A DNA stretch of 64,000 nt, taken from IMG/VR virus record IMGVR_UViG_3300031998_000058, positions 1-64,000 of that record. One strand, written 5' to 3'. The DNA is from a virus. Its lineage: Duplodnaviria; Caudoviricetes. The notes beneath the pieces were generated by a model, which saw only the letters and a list, made by a program, of their open reading frames with translations, searched no databases and was not told the origin of the DNA. Both the position numbers and the translations under genes were made by a program. Numbering within the stretch: the first letter of the stretch is position 1; the number at the start of each line of letters is the position of its first letter. Shown one piece after another: positions 38,203-47,861 of the stretch.

Positions 38203-39426
38203 TTAGATCGATGTCTGGCCTACCTTATCTGCGAATACAGCAGCAATCTCAAGCGCGACTGTCATGTTCGCACCGATCATGCCGTCACCGTTACGCATCG
38301 GGTCGAACTCGATGGTGATCGGAGTGACTGTGTTCATCGCAATCTTGAACGGCTTCCTTGCGTTGGAAGCGAGGATCCAGATTTTGTTTGTCGGAAGCAG
38401 TGTGGTTACTGCATCGTTCTGCGTTCCGGGAACCACTGCGTCTACGAGGGGCATCAGTTTGACGCCCATATATTTTCCGAGATATCCGCTGTTCACATAC
38501 TCCTGGCCGAGAAGAGTAGCGATAGCAGCATCCATATCAGCATTCGTGGTGCCAGTAGCTTCCTTCGGAAGGACCTTTGACAGAGCTACAAGTCCGCCCC
38601 ATGCAACAAGGTTTCCGATACCGGTCTGGTTAACAGCGCTCAGCTTGTTCGCCAGGGTTACCCAGTTAACAGAGCTGAACGTAGTCGTAAGACCACTGGG
38701 AATAAGGGTCGCATCTGCTGAAGCAGTTGTCAGAGCCGCAACGAACATGCCCATCGTCTTCGCGTAAAGTCCAGCAGTAAGATTCGCGAAGAAACGTCCG
38801 AAGTCCATATCGTTAGAGATCAGCTGCGTCCATTTGAATTTGAGCGCTGCGCTTCTCGGTTTCGGGTTCATGGTGATGTCCTGTGCGTACAGGGTGTTAT
38901 CCGGCACGTTCCTGATTGCGCCCCAGGAAGAATCCTGAAATACTACAATGTCATTTGATGTGACGGTAACAGAAGCAGTCTCACCAAATCCTACCGGAAT
39001 GACATCAGCAAACGGAGCAACCGCTTCGGAATAAACTCTCGGCATGATGGGGCTTTCAATCTCTTCATAGAGGCTCTGGAGCACTTTGAAGAAATCTCTG
39101 TTTGTGTAGAACTTCATGCTCTGGCGCTTGAAGTCTTCATAGGTTTCAGGAGCAGCAGCTCCAACCTGATTGCAGGCTACCTTGGCTGCATAAAGCAGAT
39201 GTTTCGCCTGGAACTTCTCGTTGTAGTCTCTGTAGTCTCCGTCAGAGATCATGGAGACACCCGATGTATCCGCGGTATGCAGAGCGTTGCACATAAGTTT
39301 TGCACCCTTACGGGAATGCTCTGTCATGAGGATACGTCCCATTGTGACCAGCTCGTCACGCTCCGGATCCTGGCTGTTGACAAGAAACAGTTTGCTTGAA
39401 ATGTTGTTAAAAGCTAATTTTGTCAT
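38203..39426 (-). CDS. major capsid protein
   Basis: 407 aa after protease/scaffold and decoration gene; followed by 3' structure. Confidence 0.75.
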   Translation of the reverse strand: MTKLAFNNISSKLFLVNSQDPERDELVTMGRILMTEHSRKGAKLMCNALHTADTSGVSMISDGDYRDYNEKFQAKHLLYAAKVACNQVGAAAPETYEDFKRQSMKFYTNRDFFKVLQSLYEEIESPIMPRVYSEAVAPFADVIPVGFGETASVTVTSNDIVVFQDSSWGAIRNVPDNTLYAQDITMNPKPRSAALKFKWTQLISNDMDFGRFFANLTAGLYAKTMGMFVAALTTASADATLIPSGLTTTFSSVNWVTLANKLSAVNQTGIGNLVAWGGLVALSKVLPKEATGTTNADMDAAIATLLGQEYVNSGYLGKYMGVKLMPLVDAVVPGTQNDAVTTLLPTNKIWILASNARKPFKIAMNTVTPITIEFDPMRNGDGMIGANMTVALEIAAVFADKVGQTSI

Positions 39427-39444
39427 TGTTCACACACTCCTTTC

Positions 39445-40026
39445 TCAGCTGCCCACAGACACTTTGCATGCCTTGACATCAATGTATGCGAAGGACTTGC
39501 GTGAGCCTTTGGTGAAGTATCCGCTGCCGACCTTCTCGAAGTAGATCGAACCTGCAGCTGTCGGTGCGCTGGCTTCCTTCTTCAGGAAACCGCCGTCGAT
39601 GCTGAAGTATGTGCCGGTCGCGTCGTCCGCGTTGCCTGCGCCAAAGCGATAAACATTGATGTTGTCGAATCTAACCAGAGTGAAGGTATCGGTATCGCCG
39701 GCGTTGATGCCAAGACCAAGGGTCTCATGGCCGATGTGATACCTGTTGTTTCCACCCTGGAGCATCTGCGACTCATAGGGGTTGCACGCATAGATCGGGG
39801 TGTCGATGTTCGCATCGGAAGTAGCGGCATTCATGATGTATGCGTTTTCGTTGTAAATTCCGGCAAAGCCTTCGCAGGGAAGCAGGCCGTTCGTCACACA
39901 AAGTGTTCCGGCACTGCAGTCAGCAGGATCATCACTGACCTTGTACAGACCTGTCACGTTGCAAAGCTTGTCCCATTCATTGTTTGAAACTCTCGCTTCA
40001 AAAGCGGTATTTGCTGTAAATGACAT
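39445..40026 (-). CDS. capsid decoration/cement protein
   Basis: 193 aa beta-rich ORF between scaffold and MCP (positional). Confidence 0.55.
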   Translation of the reverse strand: MSFTANTAFEARVSNNEWDKLCNVTGLYKVSDDPADCSAGTLCVTNGLLPCEGFAGIYNENAYIMNAATSDANIDTPIYACNPYESQMLQGGNNRYHIGHETLGLGINAGDTDTFTLVRFDNINVYRFGAGNADDATGTYFSIDGGFLKKEASAPTAAGSIYFEKVGSGYFTKGSRKSFAYIDVKACKVSVGS

Positions 40027-40044
40027 ATCTCATTACTCCTTTAC

Positions 40045-41490
40045 TCAAATTTTTTCAGCTTTCCATTTGGCCAGCAGTGATGCTACGTCATTCGCCTTGG
40101 CCGGATCTTCCTTGGCCATATCCCACAGATACTGGGACTGCGCTTTAGCAGCGTTTCTGGCAACGGCAGCCTTGTCGAACTCCATGACTGCAGCGGCGCA
40201 TTTCGCTAATACTGCATTGCAGACAGCTTCTTCTCCGCACCAGTCGCCTTCACCATTGATACACTCGGTATAAGCGCCGGCATCAACCGCGGCGTTGATA
40301 TCGTCAAGAATCGCTTCGTTGACTTTCTCTTCGCGGTTCGCGTTGAATTTAGCAAGTGCTTCTTTTGCTGCCGCTTTAGCTGCTTTCAGCCTGCGTCTCT
40401 TTTCCGCAGCCTCCATTGATTCAAGGCTTTCTTCTGCTGTGGTCAGCTTTTCCTTTGTAGCAGTAAGTTCGGTGTTTGCTTTTACGAGGTTCGCGCTCAG
40501 CATGGCGGTGAGCACGTCAGACTCAATATCAATGTGCTCTTCGCCAAACGCGAACTGCACATATAAATCGACATCCGTGATCTTCTTCGGATCAATCATC
40601 GCGTCCATGCTGTCCATCGTATAAGTAGCAGTCGATCCATCAGCAGCCATCAGACAAACATGGATGCCTGCGTCGTTCCGGCCTGCTGCAAGAACGGTGT
40701 ACCCCTCGAACTTAGGTGCTAAATCGGCAACCTGTTTCTTCGTGAATACCTGCATCGTTGATTCTCCTTTACGATTTAATTGTGTTTGCGGCTTTTTGGT
40801 TTCTGTGCCTTCATCCGGTTCTTTGTTCTCTCCCGGATCGACAGTGACGTTATCATCGTCTTCATCGTCATCGTCTTCGGCATTTATTAATGAAGCGGCC
40901 CGGAGCTTCAGCTCCTGGAACTCACTTTCAATCTCTTGTAACGCTTTGATATTTGCGCCTGGGATCGCAGGTGCTACACCCGATCCGAGAATAGTGACGC
41001 CGATTATGTTATAGTTGGTAAACACCTCTACATTCGGATCGTCTTGATCTATATGACCCTCTATAACCTCCGTCTCTACCGAAACTTCCATAACACCTTG
41101 TCGCTTGATATACTCCACTAATTCATGAGCGTAAAAATCAAACAAACGACCTTCTGCGACCAACCAGGTCTCACCATCTTCTTCTATAAGTTTCAAATCC
41201 TTTGGGTCGTCACTAATGGTTCCCACCACTTGTTCCAATCCAGGCTTGCTTATGAAGCTGTAGTATTTTTCTCCGTTGGCATCTATGCGCTCCTCCATAA
41301 GGTGGCCGTCACCAATGCGTCCGCCCGGAAAAGCGCATAATATTGGGCATCCAAGGGCAGACATGTAATGCTCGTCTAAGTTCTGGTAATTCCATTTATT
41401 CCTGTTAAGTCCAGAGCGCATCATTCTCAGCGAAACTCCAAACTCATACTTGTTTAGTTTTTGTGTGATTCTTAACTCCGCTATTGCCAT
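40045..41490 (-). CDS. prohead protease-scaffold fusion
   Basis: start MAIAELR; GLNRN, GDGH, EVSVE, GVTILG..VAPAIPGA motifs; acidic linker and helical C-terminus. Confidence 0.75.
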   Translation of the reverse strand: MAIAELRITQKLNKYEFGVSLRMMRSGLNRNKWNYQNLDEHYMSALGCPILCAFPGGRIGDGHLMEERIDANGEKYYSFISKPGLEQVVGTISDDPKDLKLIEEDGETWLVAEGRLFDFYAHELVEYIKRQGVMEVSVETEVIEGHIDQDDPNVEVFTNYNIIGVTILGSGVAPAIPGANIKALQEIESEFQELKLRAASLINAEDDDDEDDDNVTVDPGENKEPDEGTETKKPQTQLNRKGESTMQVFTKKQVADLAPKFEGYTVLAAGRNDAGIHVCLMAADGSTATYTMDSMDAMIDPKKITDVDLYVQFAFGEEHIDIESDVLTAMLSANLVKANTELTATKEKLTTAEESLESMEAAEKRRRLKAAKAAAKEALAKFNANREEKVNEAILDDINAAVDAGAYTECINGEGDWCGEEAVCNAVLAKCAAAVMEFDKAAVARNAAKAQSQYLWDMAKEDPAKANDVASLLAKWKAEKI

Positions 41491-41539
41491 ATGACTTGTG
41501 CCTTTCTGAATCTGTTCTCCTATCACTGGATAATTTTTC

Positions 41540-41616
41540 AAAAACAAAAGGACTCAGAAACACACCCTGTGTTTCTAAGCCCTTGTTGGCTATTCTGCCC
41601 ATCTCGTTATGAACAG
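41540..41616 (-). promoter_or_regulatory. late-region hairpin-linker-terminator element, copy 3
   Basis: CUGUUCAU-AACGAG-AUGGGCAG, linker AAUAGCCAACAA, 15-bp stem, UUUUGUUUUU. Confidence 0.85.
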
Positions 41617-41623
41617 TAATTAT

Positions 41624-41803
41624 TTAGTTTCTCTGTTTACCTCTTCCGCACGGCGGCGTTTCGAATTCTTTTTTTCTCGCTATCCTCACGTTCTCCTCGA
41701 ATATCAGTGTGCGATACGAAGTCCGTGTAATTCTGACGTCAGCGTGCTTGGCCAATATTTGGTTGATGACCGGCAAATCTTCTGCGCCTATGTATTCTCG
41801 CAT
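41624..41803 (-). CDS. small basic protein (59 aa, missed by ORF track)
   Basis: GAGGGG RBS; MREYIGAEDLPVINQILAKHADVRITRTSYRTLIFEENVRIARKKEFETPPCGRGKQRN*. Confidence 0.6.
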   Translation of the reverse strand: MREYIGAEDLPVINQILAKHADVRITRTSYRTLIFEENVRIARKKEFETPPCGRGKQRN

Positions 41804-41814
41804 TCATTGTCCCC

Positions 41815-43614
41815 TCAACCACCATAACTATCCTGATCTTTTTCCTGGCCTTCACTGGTAATCCCTTCGCTCTGCGGTCTCCCACCCTCATCTCTTGTGG
41901 GGTCTGCATTCGGATCCGTGATTTTTCCGTGTGGCGGCAATCCAGATCCTTCCGGTGATCCGCTGAACGATGTCACAAGCGGCAGTCTCTTATCCAGTAT
42001 TCCGCTTTCGTATATCGCATCGCTCCAGGCAATATCTTCAATGATGCTTCTGTCGTTCAGTGCATTCAGCATCATGTTAGCCGGCAGGATGCCGAGCGTC
42101 ATTTCTTTTCTCGCCTCTTCCCTGAGACGTTCATCTGATTCCAGGTCACCAAACATGTAAAATCTAAAGTCGTATTTAAGATTCAGGTTATCGATGACGC
42201 TGTTCATCATCCGTTCCATGCAACGATAAATTGTTTTGGAGAACTGCGACTCTATCTTCAGTGATATCTGTGCCAGACCAGACCTTGCATCTGATGTAGT
42301 GGGGATAATTCCTCCCAGTCCGGCTTTATTCATCGTGTCCTGGTATCCCTGAGATACAATGTTCGTAGCGCCTGGAGCTTCCGGAAGAGTCTCCATCCGC
42401 ATGTTCTTAAATGGTGCTGAGTATATTCCTATGCCACTGGTATTGTTCATGTTTAAGGTGTTGTACCACAAAGCCTCAAACATCATTCGTCCAGCATTAC
42501 TAAGCTTGTACTGATCCTCTGTATATGAATCCTTGTTCTCATAATACGGTATCTCACCGGTCAAAATGGCTATCAATGGATTCTGGAGGAGCTCAAGCTG
42601 AAGGCTTTCCAGCTGCGACAGCTGAAGCATATCAAGAAGCAGGCCCGTGAAAGGTGTTGCAACATCACGCGATACATCGTCTATCTCAAACGTAAAGACC
42701 TTATCTACCGGCAGCGTTACCCAATAGAACCATCTTCCATTCTGGCAATATACATCTGCATCCGGCTTACGCTCTGCAAGCTTTACTATGTTGATAGAAT
42801 TTCCGCCCGCATAGACTATTTTGCTTCCTACGCCACGCGGTATTTCTTCCAGACTCATATCATAATCTTCAAGATACGGCAGGAACAAATCGCCAAACTG
42901 TCTGGGATCCGTCCCGTATTGCGAAAAGTACATCATGTCAAAAGCCACAGTGTACTTGGATATATTGTTGTATCCTACTATCTTCGTCCAATCACTCGGA
43001 AGCTGCTGCAGGAATGCGTGATTAACCTTGTTATGAGCTTTATCAACACTGTATCTCGGCGTGTAAAAAACCTTTCCCTCTTGTAGCGACTGTCCGGCTA
43101 TCTGGTGTGTATAAGACTTGATATCAAATGTTGTGCGAAGCTTCTCTAACAGTTTCCACTCACGCCAGAAGTCGGGTTTTGCTGCATCTTCTTTCTCTGT
43201 GAGATACGGAGCTACATAGCTGTGATAGGTTAAAAGATTCTGATATACGACTCTCGTATGGAAGAATGGATACGACGGGCTTTCGAGCCAGTGTACGGCC
43301 TGTCTGATTTCTTTCTCGTTGGAATCAACATCGTCCAACATTGACTCCACTTGGCTTTTCTTGAACTTCCGCGCCATCGATGATATGTGTTTGGCGCGAC
43401 GATTCTGTGCATATGGATCCCGATTCCCAAGTGCTCCAGTTCCGGCCGCGATTCCAAAGGCCGCGACAAGCCGATCATACGGCATATCACCATATTGTTT
43501 GGACAGTTCTTGAACTCGCCTGGTTATTTCAGGAAAGCTCGCATACTTCAAACTGTTAAGTTCGGTCTCTACGTTAACCCTGTCCATCCTTTGCCTTTTC
43601 TTCCCGTAATGCAT
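41815..43614 (-). CDS. portal protein
   Basis: 599 aa between terminase and protease; C-terminal GGRP motif. Confidence 0.7.
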   Translation of the reverse strand: MHYGKKRQRMDRVNVETELNSLKYASFPEITRRVQELSKQYGDMPYDRLVAAFGIAAGTGALGNRDPYAQNRRAKHISSMARKFKKSQVESMLDDVDSNEKEIRQAVHWLESPSYPFFHTRVVYQNLLTYHSYVAPYLTEKEDAAKPDFWREWKLLEKLRTTFDIKSYTHQIAGQSLQEGKVFYTPRYSVDKAHNKVNHAFLQQLPSDWTKIVGYNNISKYTVAFDMMYFSQYGTDPRQFGDLFLPYLEDYDMSLEEIPRGVGSKIVYAGGNSINIVKLAERKPDADVYCQNGRWFYWVTLPVDKVFTFEIDDVSRDVATPFTGLLLDMLQLSQLESLQLELLQNPLIAILTGEIPYYENKDSYTEDQYKLSNAGRMMFEALWYNTLNMNNTSGIGIYSAPFKNMRMETLPEAPGATNIVSQGYQDTMNKAGLGGIIPTTSDARSGLAQISLKIESQFSKTIYRCMERMMNSVIDNLNLKYDFRFYMFGDLESDERLREEARKEMTLGILPANMMLNALNDRSIIEDIAWSDAIYESGILDKRLPLVTSFSGSPEGSGLPPHGKITDPNADPTRDEGGRPQSEGITSEGQEKDQDSYGG

Positions 43615-43918
43615 TCTCCAGACGGTCCACCATCAACACCATATCATTCGATATTTGTTCACGGTGCTTTGCTGTCTCTTCAGCAATAATCACCGTATTG
43701 CAGTCTAAGAGCCAACGCACATCATCATCTGTCAAATAGCTAAGTTCACTTTCGCTTATTGTATTGTAGCATTTATTATATTTCTTTTTGTATCCCTTTA
43801 CGTAAAATAAGATATATGTAGGGGTAATCCGATAAAATCTTTCGTCCTGAACCACCTCTATGTTCTCCATTGTGGTTTCAAGCGCGTACAATCGATACCT
43901 CACTTTTCTCTTACTCAT
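43574..43918 (-). CDS. hypothetical protein
   Basis: coupled to terminase and portal. Confidence 0.55.
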   Translation of the reverse strand: MSKRKVRYRLYALETTMENIEVVQDERFYRITPTYILFYVKGYKKKYNKCYNTISESELSYLTDDDVRWLLDCNTVIIAEETAKHREQISNDMVLMVDRLENALREEKAKDGQG

Positions 43919-45749
43919 AATGTCGCCCTCCCATTCTGCGAGTTATCATGCGTCCACTGCCGCCTCCTGCCGGCATGACTATTCCTCCATTCTGATATTT
44001 CTCAAGCTCCTTTGCCCAATCACTTGTGCTTTTTTGTTTTACTAAATACAGACGTTCCAGTTTCTGTGCAAAACGCAGAGCATACTTCAGGGCCGACCAG
44101 CTATCTCTCTGGATTGAAGGTGTGATCCTTCGTTCGCTTATTCCGTTCCCAGACGGTACTTGTTTCAGGTTCTGGATCTGACTGACGAGCTCCTTTGTTT
44201 TTTTGAACGGCTTTGCTATGGCCACATCCGCATAATCATCTTTAATCCGGTGATATTGTTTATATGTTTTAACGCCTTCTGCTTCATCCGATGTCAGTAA
44301 CTGTACATTGTGGTTCGCAAATTGAGTCTGTGCATTACGGACCATTTCACTGTCAGGATCCGTTGCTCCTGCTCCACCTGCTTTGATCGGGTAGATGATC
44401 GGAATTGCGCCTTCCAGTTCGTAAGGTACGTATTGATCATGGTCATAAATACACAAAGGATTCAGACCGTCTCCCAGGTCTTGCATCAAGCTTTCTATGA
44501 CCGCTTTTCCGTAAGCCCATCCGTCTACAACAATATATGTTTCTGATCCTTCGTAACAAAACCGATACCATATCTCTTTCAGCTTCCTTGCCTGAAGCAT
44601 CGCATCCATTGGCGCCCAATCATCCAGCCACACAAGCTGTTTCAAATACTTGTCTCTCTTAAACCAGTCTTTCTGCTTTGTACATTTCACCACTCCACAA
44701 GCGCATTTTGCATTCATGATCGAGTCTTCATACGAAACGTCATAAGCAACAATGTAAATGACGTCTTTCGGCTTTATCTTATTATCACGGTCTTTGCAAC
44801 AATGGTGTTCTTCCATCAGGAGCAGGTTGCGGCTTTCTGCCAGGTCTTCTTCCCGAATGATGGGATTCTCCGAGGATCCTGTGTATCGACTGCACATCTC
44901 ACGCATCCATTCGCTTGCTGTGGAATCCGCTTTACGCTGCATAGCCCATTCATAAGACCTCATTTGGGACAGTACGATTACTTCCCATGGTATGTCCATG
45001 ACAAATGCTTTTTCGTTTGGATTATGCGCAATCATCAGTTTTAAATGATTCCTGCGTGAAAGATATGCTGGATTCAACTTGCTTGTGGCCGAAGTGATGG
45101 AGTGCTGTTGAAACTTAATAAAGTTCGGATCCTCTTTCTTTCCTACTCTGTACTTGTTTCGAACAGCATACAAAACAACGGTTGAATACTCTTTATGGTC
45201 AAACGCAGGGTTTTCTTCCTGGGCATACTCTTCTGCAGTAACGTCATGGATATTTTTCCCTCGAACGGCATTGATTGTAATACGTGAGTTATATTGCGTA
45301 TATATCTCCCAGTTATCGTTAGCTTCATGTTTTATCTTGTAATGGCTGGCGATTACCGGGTAATCTCGTGTAAGATCAGCGAATGCCGTAGCAGCAAGTT
45401 CTGCCTGCTGTTTGTACGACGGGCCATAATAAGACGATTTAATCCCAAGCCACATCAAATTATGCGCAGATTTTTGAAAGATTTTGCATGTGGTCTTCGT
45501 GGCAGAACGACACCCTGTAATATCAACGTATTGATTTCTTTCAAACGCACGGATCATGACCCTTTGTATCAGTTCCCACTGGTACTGCGCTTCGTCACTT
45601 CTAAAGATGTCTCCCATTACGTCCGGATACCATCGGAAAAAGCTGATAAGAAAGAACCACGCATCTGTAATATAGTCATCATATTCTCGTTCCTGTACGT
45701 CTTTCTTGGCCTTTCCTCTTGTAGCACGCCATACTTTCTTTAAAGCCAT
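43911..45749 (-). CDS. terL: terminase large subunit
   Basis: Walker-A-like GCRSATKT, Walker-B region AEEYAQEE, nuclease AYDVS, VVDGWAYG, DSWSALKY. Confidence 0.85.
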   Translation of the reverse strand: MALKKVWRATRGKAKKDVQEREYDDYITDAWFFLISFFRWYPDVMGDIFRSDEAQYQWELIQRVMIRAFERNQYVDITGCRSATKTTCKIFQKSAHNLMWLGIKSSYYGPSYKQQAELAATAFADLTRDYPVIASHYKIKHEANDNWEIYTQYNSRITINAVRGKNIHDVTAEEYAQEENPAFDHKEYSTVVLYAVRNKYRVGKKEDPNFIKFQQHSITSATSKLNPAYLSRRNHLKLMIAHNPNEKAFVMDIPWEVIVLSQMRSYEWAMQRKADSTASEWMREMCSRYTGSSENPIIREEDLAESRNLLLMEEHHCCKDRDNKIKPKDVIYIVAYDVSYEDSIMNAKCACGVVKCTKQKDWFKRDKYLKQLVWLDDWAPMDAMLQARKLKEIWYRFCYEGSETYIVVDGWAYGKAVIESLMQDLGDGLNPLCIYDHDQYVPYELEGAIPIIYPIKAGGAGATDPDSEMVRNAQTQFANHNVQLLTSDEAEGVKTYKQYHRIKDDYADVAIAKPFKKTKELVSQIQNLKQVPSGNGISERRITPSIQRDSWSALKYALRFAQKLERLYLVKQKSTSDWAKELEKYQNGGIVMPAGGGSGRMITRRMGGRHYE

Positions 45750-45776
45750 TCTTGTTTCCTCCGAGTCTACTTACAC

Positions 45777-45852
45777 AAAAAGACTAACACGCTTTGGCAT
45801 TTCAAAGCGTATTAGCCCTTGTTGGCTGTTCCCGCACCCGCGTTGGTACGAG
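45777..45852 (-). promoter_or_regulatory. late-region hairpin-linker-terminator element, copy 4
   Basis: CUCGUACC-AACGCG-GGUGCGGG, linker AACAGCCAACAA, ~16-bp stem, U5. Confidence 0.85.
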
Positions 45853-45872
45853 CAACTATATATTTTTGATTC

Positions 45873-46730
45873 TTACCGTTCTCTTACTATCCCCAGTTGC
45901 TGATATGTTCTTTCCTCAGTTTCGTTAGGCTCATCTGCGAATTCACATATGACATTCTCATCAAACTTCAGGTCTTCTCTCAACTCTGCTGTCTCCGGTA
46001 GATTGTCGTTCGCATACATGTTATTCTGTATCATGTGCAGCATCTGGTCTGCTGCATCTATGGTGTACGGATATTTCTGAGACGGCTGACCACCAAGCGC
46101 ACCGAGGCGCCTAAGCAGCTGCTCCTGTACTTCCTCGCAAGATAATAACTTTCCTCTGCGCATAAGCCCTGCCTTTGTCAAGGCATCAACAATACTGTCC
46201 AGCTTCAGTTCTTCAACCGGCTTTGTATCCTTCTTTCTGAGCTGTTCTGCAGCCAGCCTGTCCTGTATAGTCTTATTGATTTGTGAGTACATGTTGATGT
46301 CATCTTTGGTTCCTCTTTCTCGACAGTGTTCCGCAAACAGTTGATCCTGACAGGTGGCACGCAGAACATACTCTGCCTGAACGTCCATTCCACCGGACTT
46401 CAGCTGACGATCCGCATACATCTCAAACAGCTCATCTAAACGTCGATAGTCATCTTCTGTGTAGGGATTTGTTTTGCCTCCCGTCCCCCAGGTCATAGCC
46501 CAGCGTTCTTCATCATCCATATTATCTTTCAAAATAGTCTTAATATTAGTTTCGCCATCAAGAAATATCTTCTCACGTTGTTTCGCGTAATACTCTTCAA
46601 AGGTATCATACTGTACTTTGCTGCTATATTTTACATTGAACACTGCGCAAAAACAAAATAGTGCAACATCTTCCCCTATGTCTTCTGCCAGTATTTGAAA
46701 GCGTTTATCGCGCCATGTTATACCGTCCAT
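45873..46730 (-). CDS. putative terminase small subunit / packaging-associated protein
   Basis: positional only; GGAGG RBS. Confidence 0.4.
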   Translation of the reverse strand: MDGITWRDKRFQILAEDIGEDVALFCFCAVFNVKYSSKVQYDTFEEYYAKQREKIFLDGETNIKTILKDNMDDEERWAMTWGTGGKTNPYTEDDYRRLDELFEMYADRQLKSGGMDVQAEYVLRATCQDQLFAEHCRERGTKDDINMYSQINKTIQDRLAAEQLRKKDTKPVEELKLDSIVDALTKAGLMRRGKLLSCEEVQEQLLRRLGALGGQPSQKYPYTIDAADQMLHMIQNNMYANDNLPETAELREDLKFDENVICEFADEPNETEERTYQQLGIVRER

Positions 46731-46761
46731 TATGTCCTCCGTGTTTTCTGTAATGGTATTC

Positions 46762-47013
46762 TCAATTCTCGTGTTCTCTTCTCTGTTTGCTGAGTTCTTC
46801 TAAATATCTAAGAACGCCAACCGCCAAATGTTCCCCTAATCTTCCGTGACTATGACATATCTGCTTATAATCTTGTAAAAGGAATCTCCACGCATCATCA
46901 TCCGTTTGTGTGATCCGATAATACTTCTTGAGCAATTCCCATGATGCTGTGAACGCATCCTGCTCTGCCGGAATATCTTTTGCACTCACTGTCAATGATC
47001 GATATTGTTTCAT
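46762..47013 (-). CDS. hypothetical protein
   Basis: coupled ORF. Confidence 0.55.
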   Translation of the reverse strand: MKQYRSLTVSAKDIPAEQDAFTASWELLKKYYRITQTDDDAWRFLLQDYKQICHSHGRLGEHLAVGVLRYLEELSKQRREHEN

Positions 47014-47195
47014 AAGTTCCCTTTACAAGTCCTCGTATTTATTGATTCTTCTTCTGCTTCCCAGTCTATACATGAGTCATCATACCCGGTCCAGTCAGAA
47101 CAATACTCGCTTTCATTATTCACACATACCCAGTATCCGCTTTCTGTTCTTTTATGCCACTTGCAGCATCCGCATATTTGATCCGAATCACGCAT
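47010..47195 (-). CDS. small Cys-rich hypothetical protein
   Basis: CGCCKWH...CVN.ESEYC..C pattern. Confidence 0.6.
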   Translation of the reverse strand: MRDSDQICGCCKWHKRTESGYWVCVNNESEYCSDWTGYDDSCIDWEAEEESINTRTCKGNL

Positions 47196-47207
47196 GGTAA
47201 TATCCTC

Positions 47208-47858
47208 CTATGAGATTTCTTTCGCTTCTTTCATTTCTTTGAATGCTTTCGCTATGATAGCAATATCCACTCCCATATCATCTGCTATCCAGGAAAGGCT
47301 TTTTCCAGCGTCGTACAAAGCTTTTATACGTCCTCTATCCAGTTCCTCCTGCGCACTCTCTTGCTTATCTTTCGTTATGCCGATTCGTTTGAGAGTATTT
47401 GTTACATTTGCAGGTGTGCACCCAAGCTCCCTTGCTATCTCGGTGGTCCCCTTGCCGCTTTTGTACAGTTCCACCATTCTCTCTTTGCTGATTCCTTTGC
47501 TGGATCTTGACTGTTTTACCGGATCATGCACGCCTTCTTCATCGGTATCCTGGATTGTATCGAATGTTTCCAGTTCACAAAGGAAAGCACAGTTGCAAGC
47601 CACGTGCCAGAGTATCGGAAGACCACTTTCTTCATCCAGACCATGTGGGTTGTCCAGGTAGGCCATCCAGTGGCGATACATGGCATCACGATATCGTTGA
47701 ATATCTACGCGCTTCCAATTGTCAACACCTCCATCCGGATACTTCATCATTCCGAATCGACGCACTTCTGCAATATCCCATATCATTTTTCTCGGTACAG
47801 CTGTCAGCATGAGTTTCCCTGCATCTGCTTTAGCTGTCTGGTCTCTGTCTTTATCCAT
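47208..47858 (-). CDS. dATP/dGTP diphosphohydrolase domain (DUF5664-type) fused to two HTH motifs
   Basis: KADAGK..FG..KY...NWK...RY.DA..RH......D.ESGLP.L.H.ACN..FL; two C-terminal HTHs. Confidence 0.8.
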   Translation of the reverse strand: MDKDRDQTAKADAGKLMLTAVPRKMIWDIAEVRRFGMMKYPDGGVDNWKRVDIQRYRDAMYRHWMAYLDNPHGLDEESGLPILWHVACNCAFLCELETFDTIQDTDEEGVHDPVKQSRSSKGISKERMVELYKSGKGTTEIARELGCTPANVTNTLKRIGITKDKQESAQEELDRGRIKALYDAGKSLSWIADDMGVDIAIIAKAFKEMKEAKEIS

Positions 47859-47861
47859 GTA

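Noticed and set aside
47208-47858. Z-genome (2-aminoadenine) pathway
   Set aside because: No PurZ or dedicated polymerase in the window; the hydrolase alone is insufficient.
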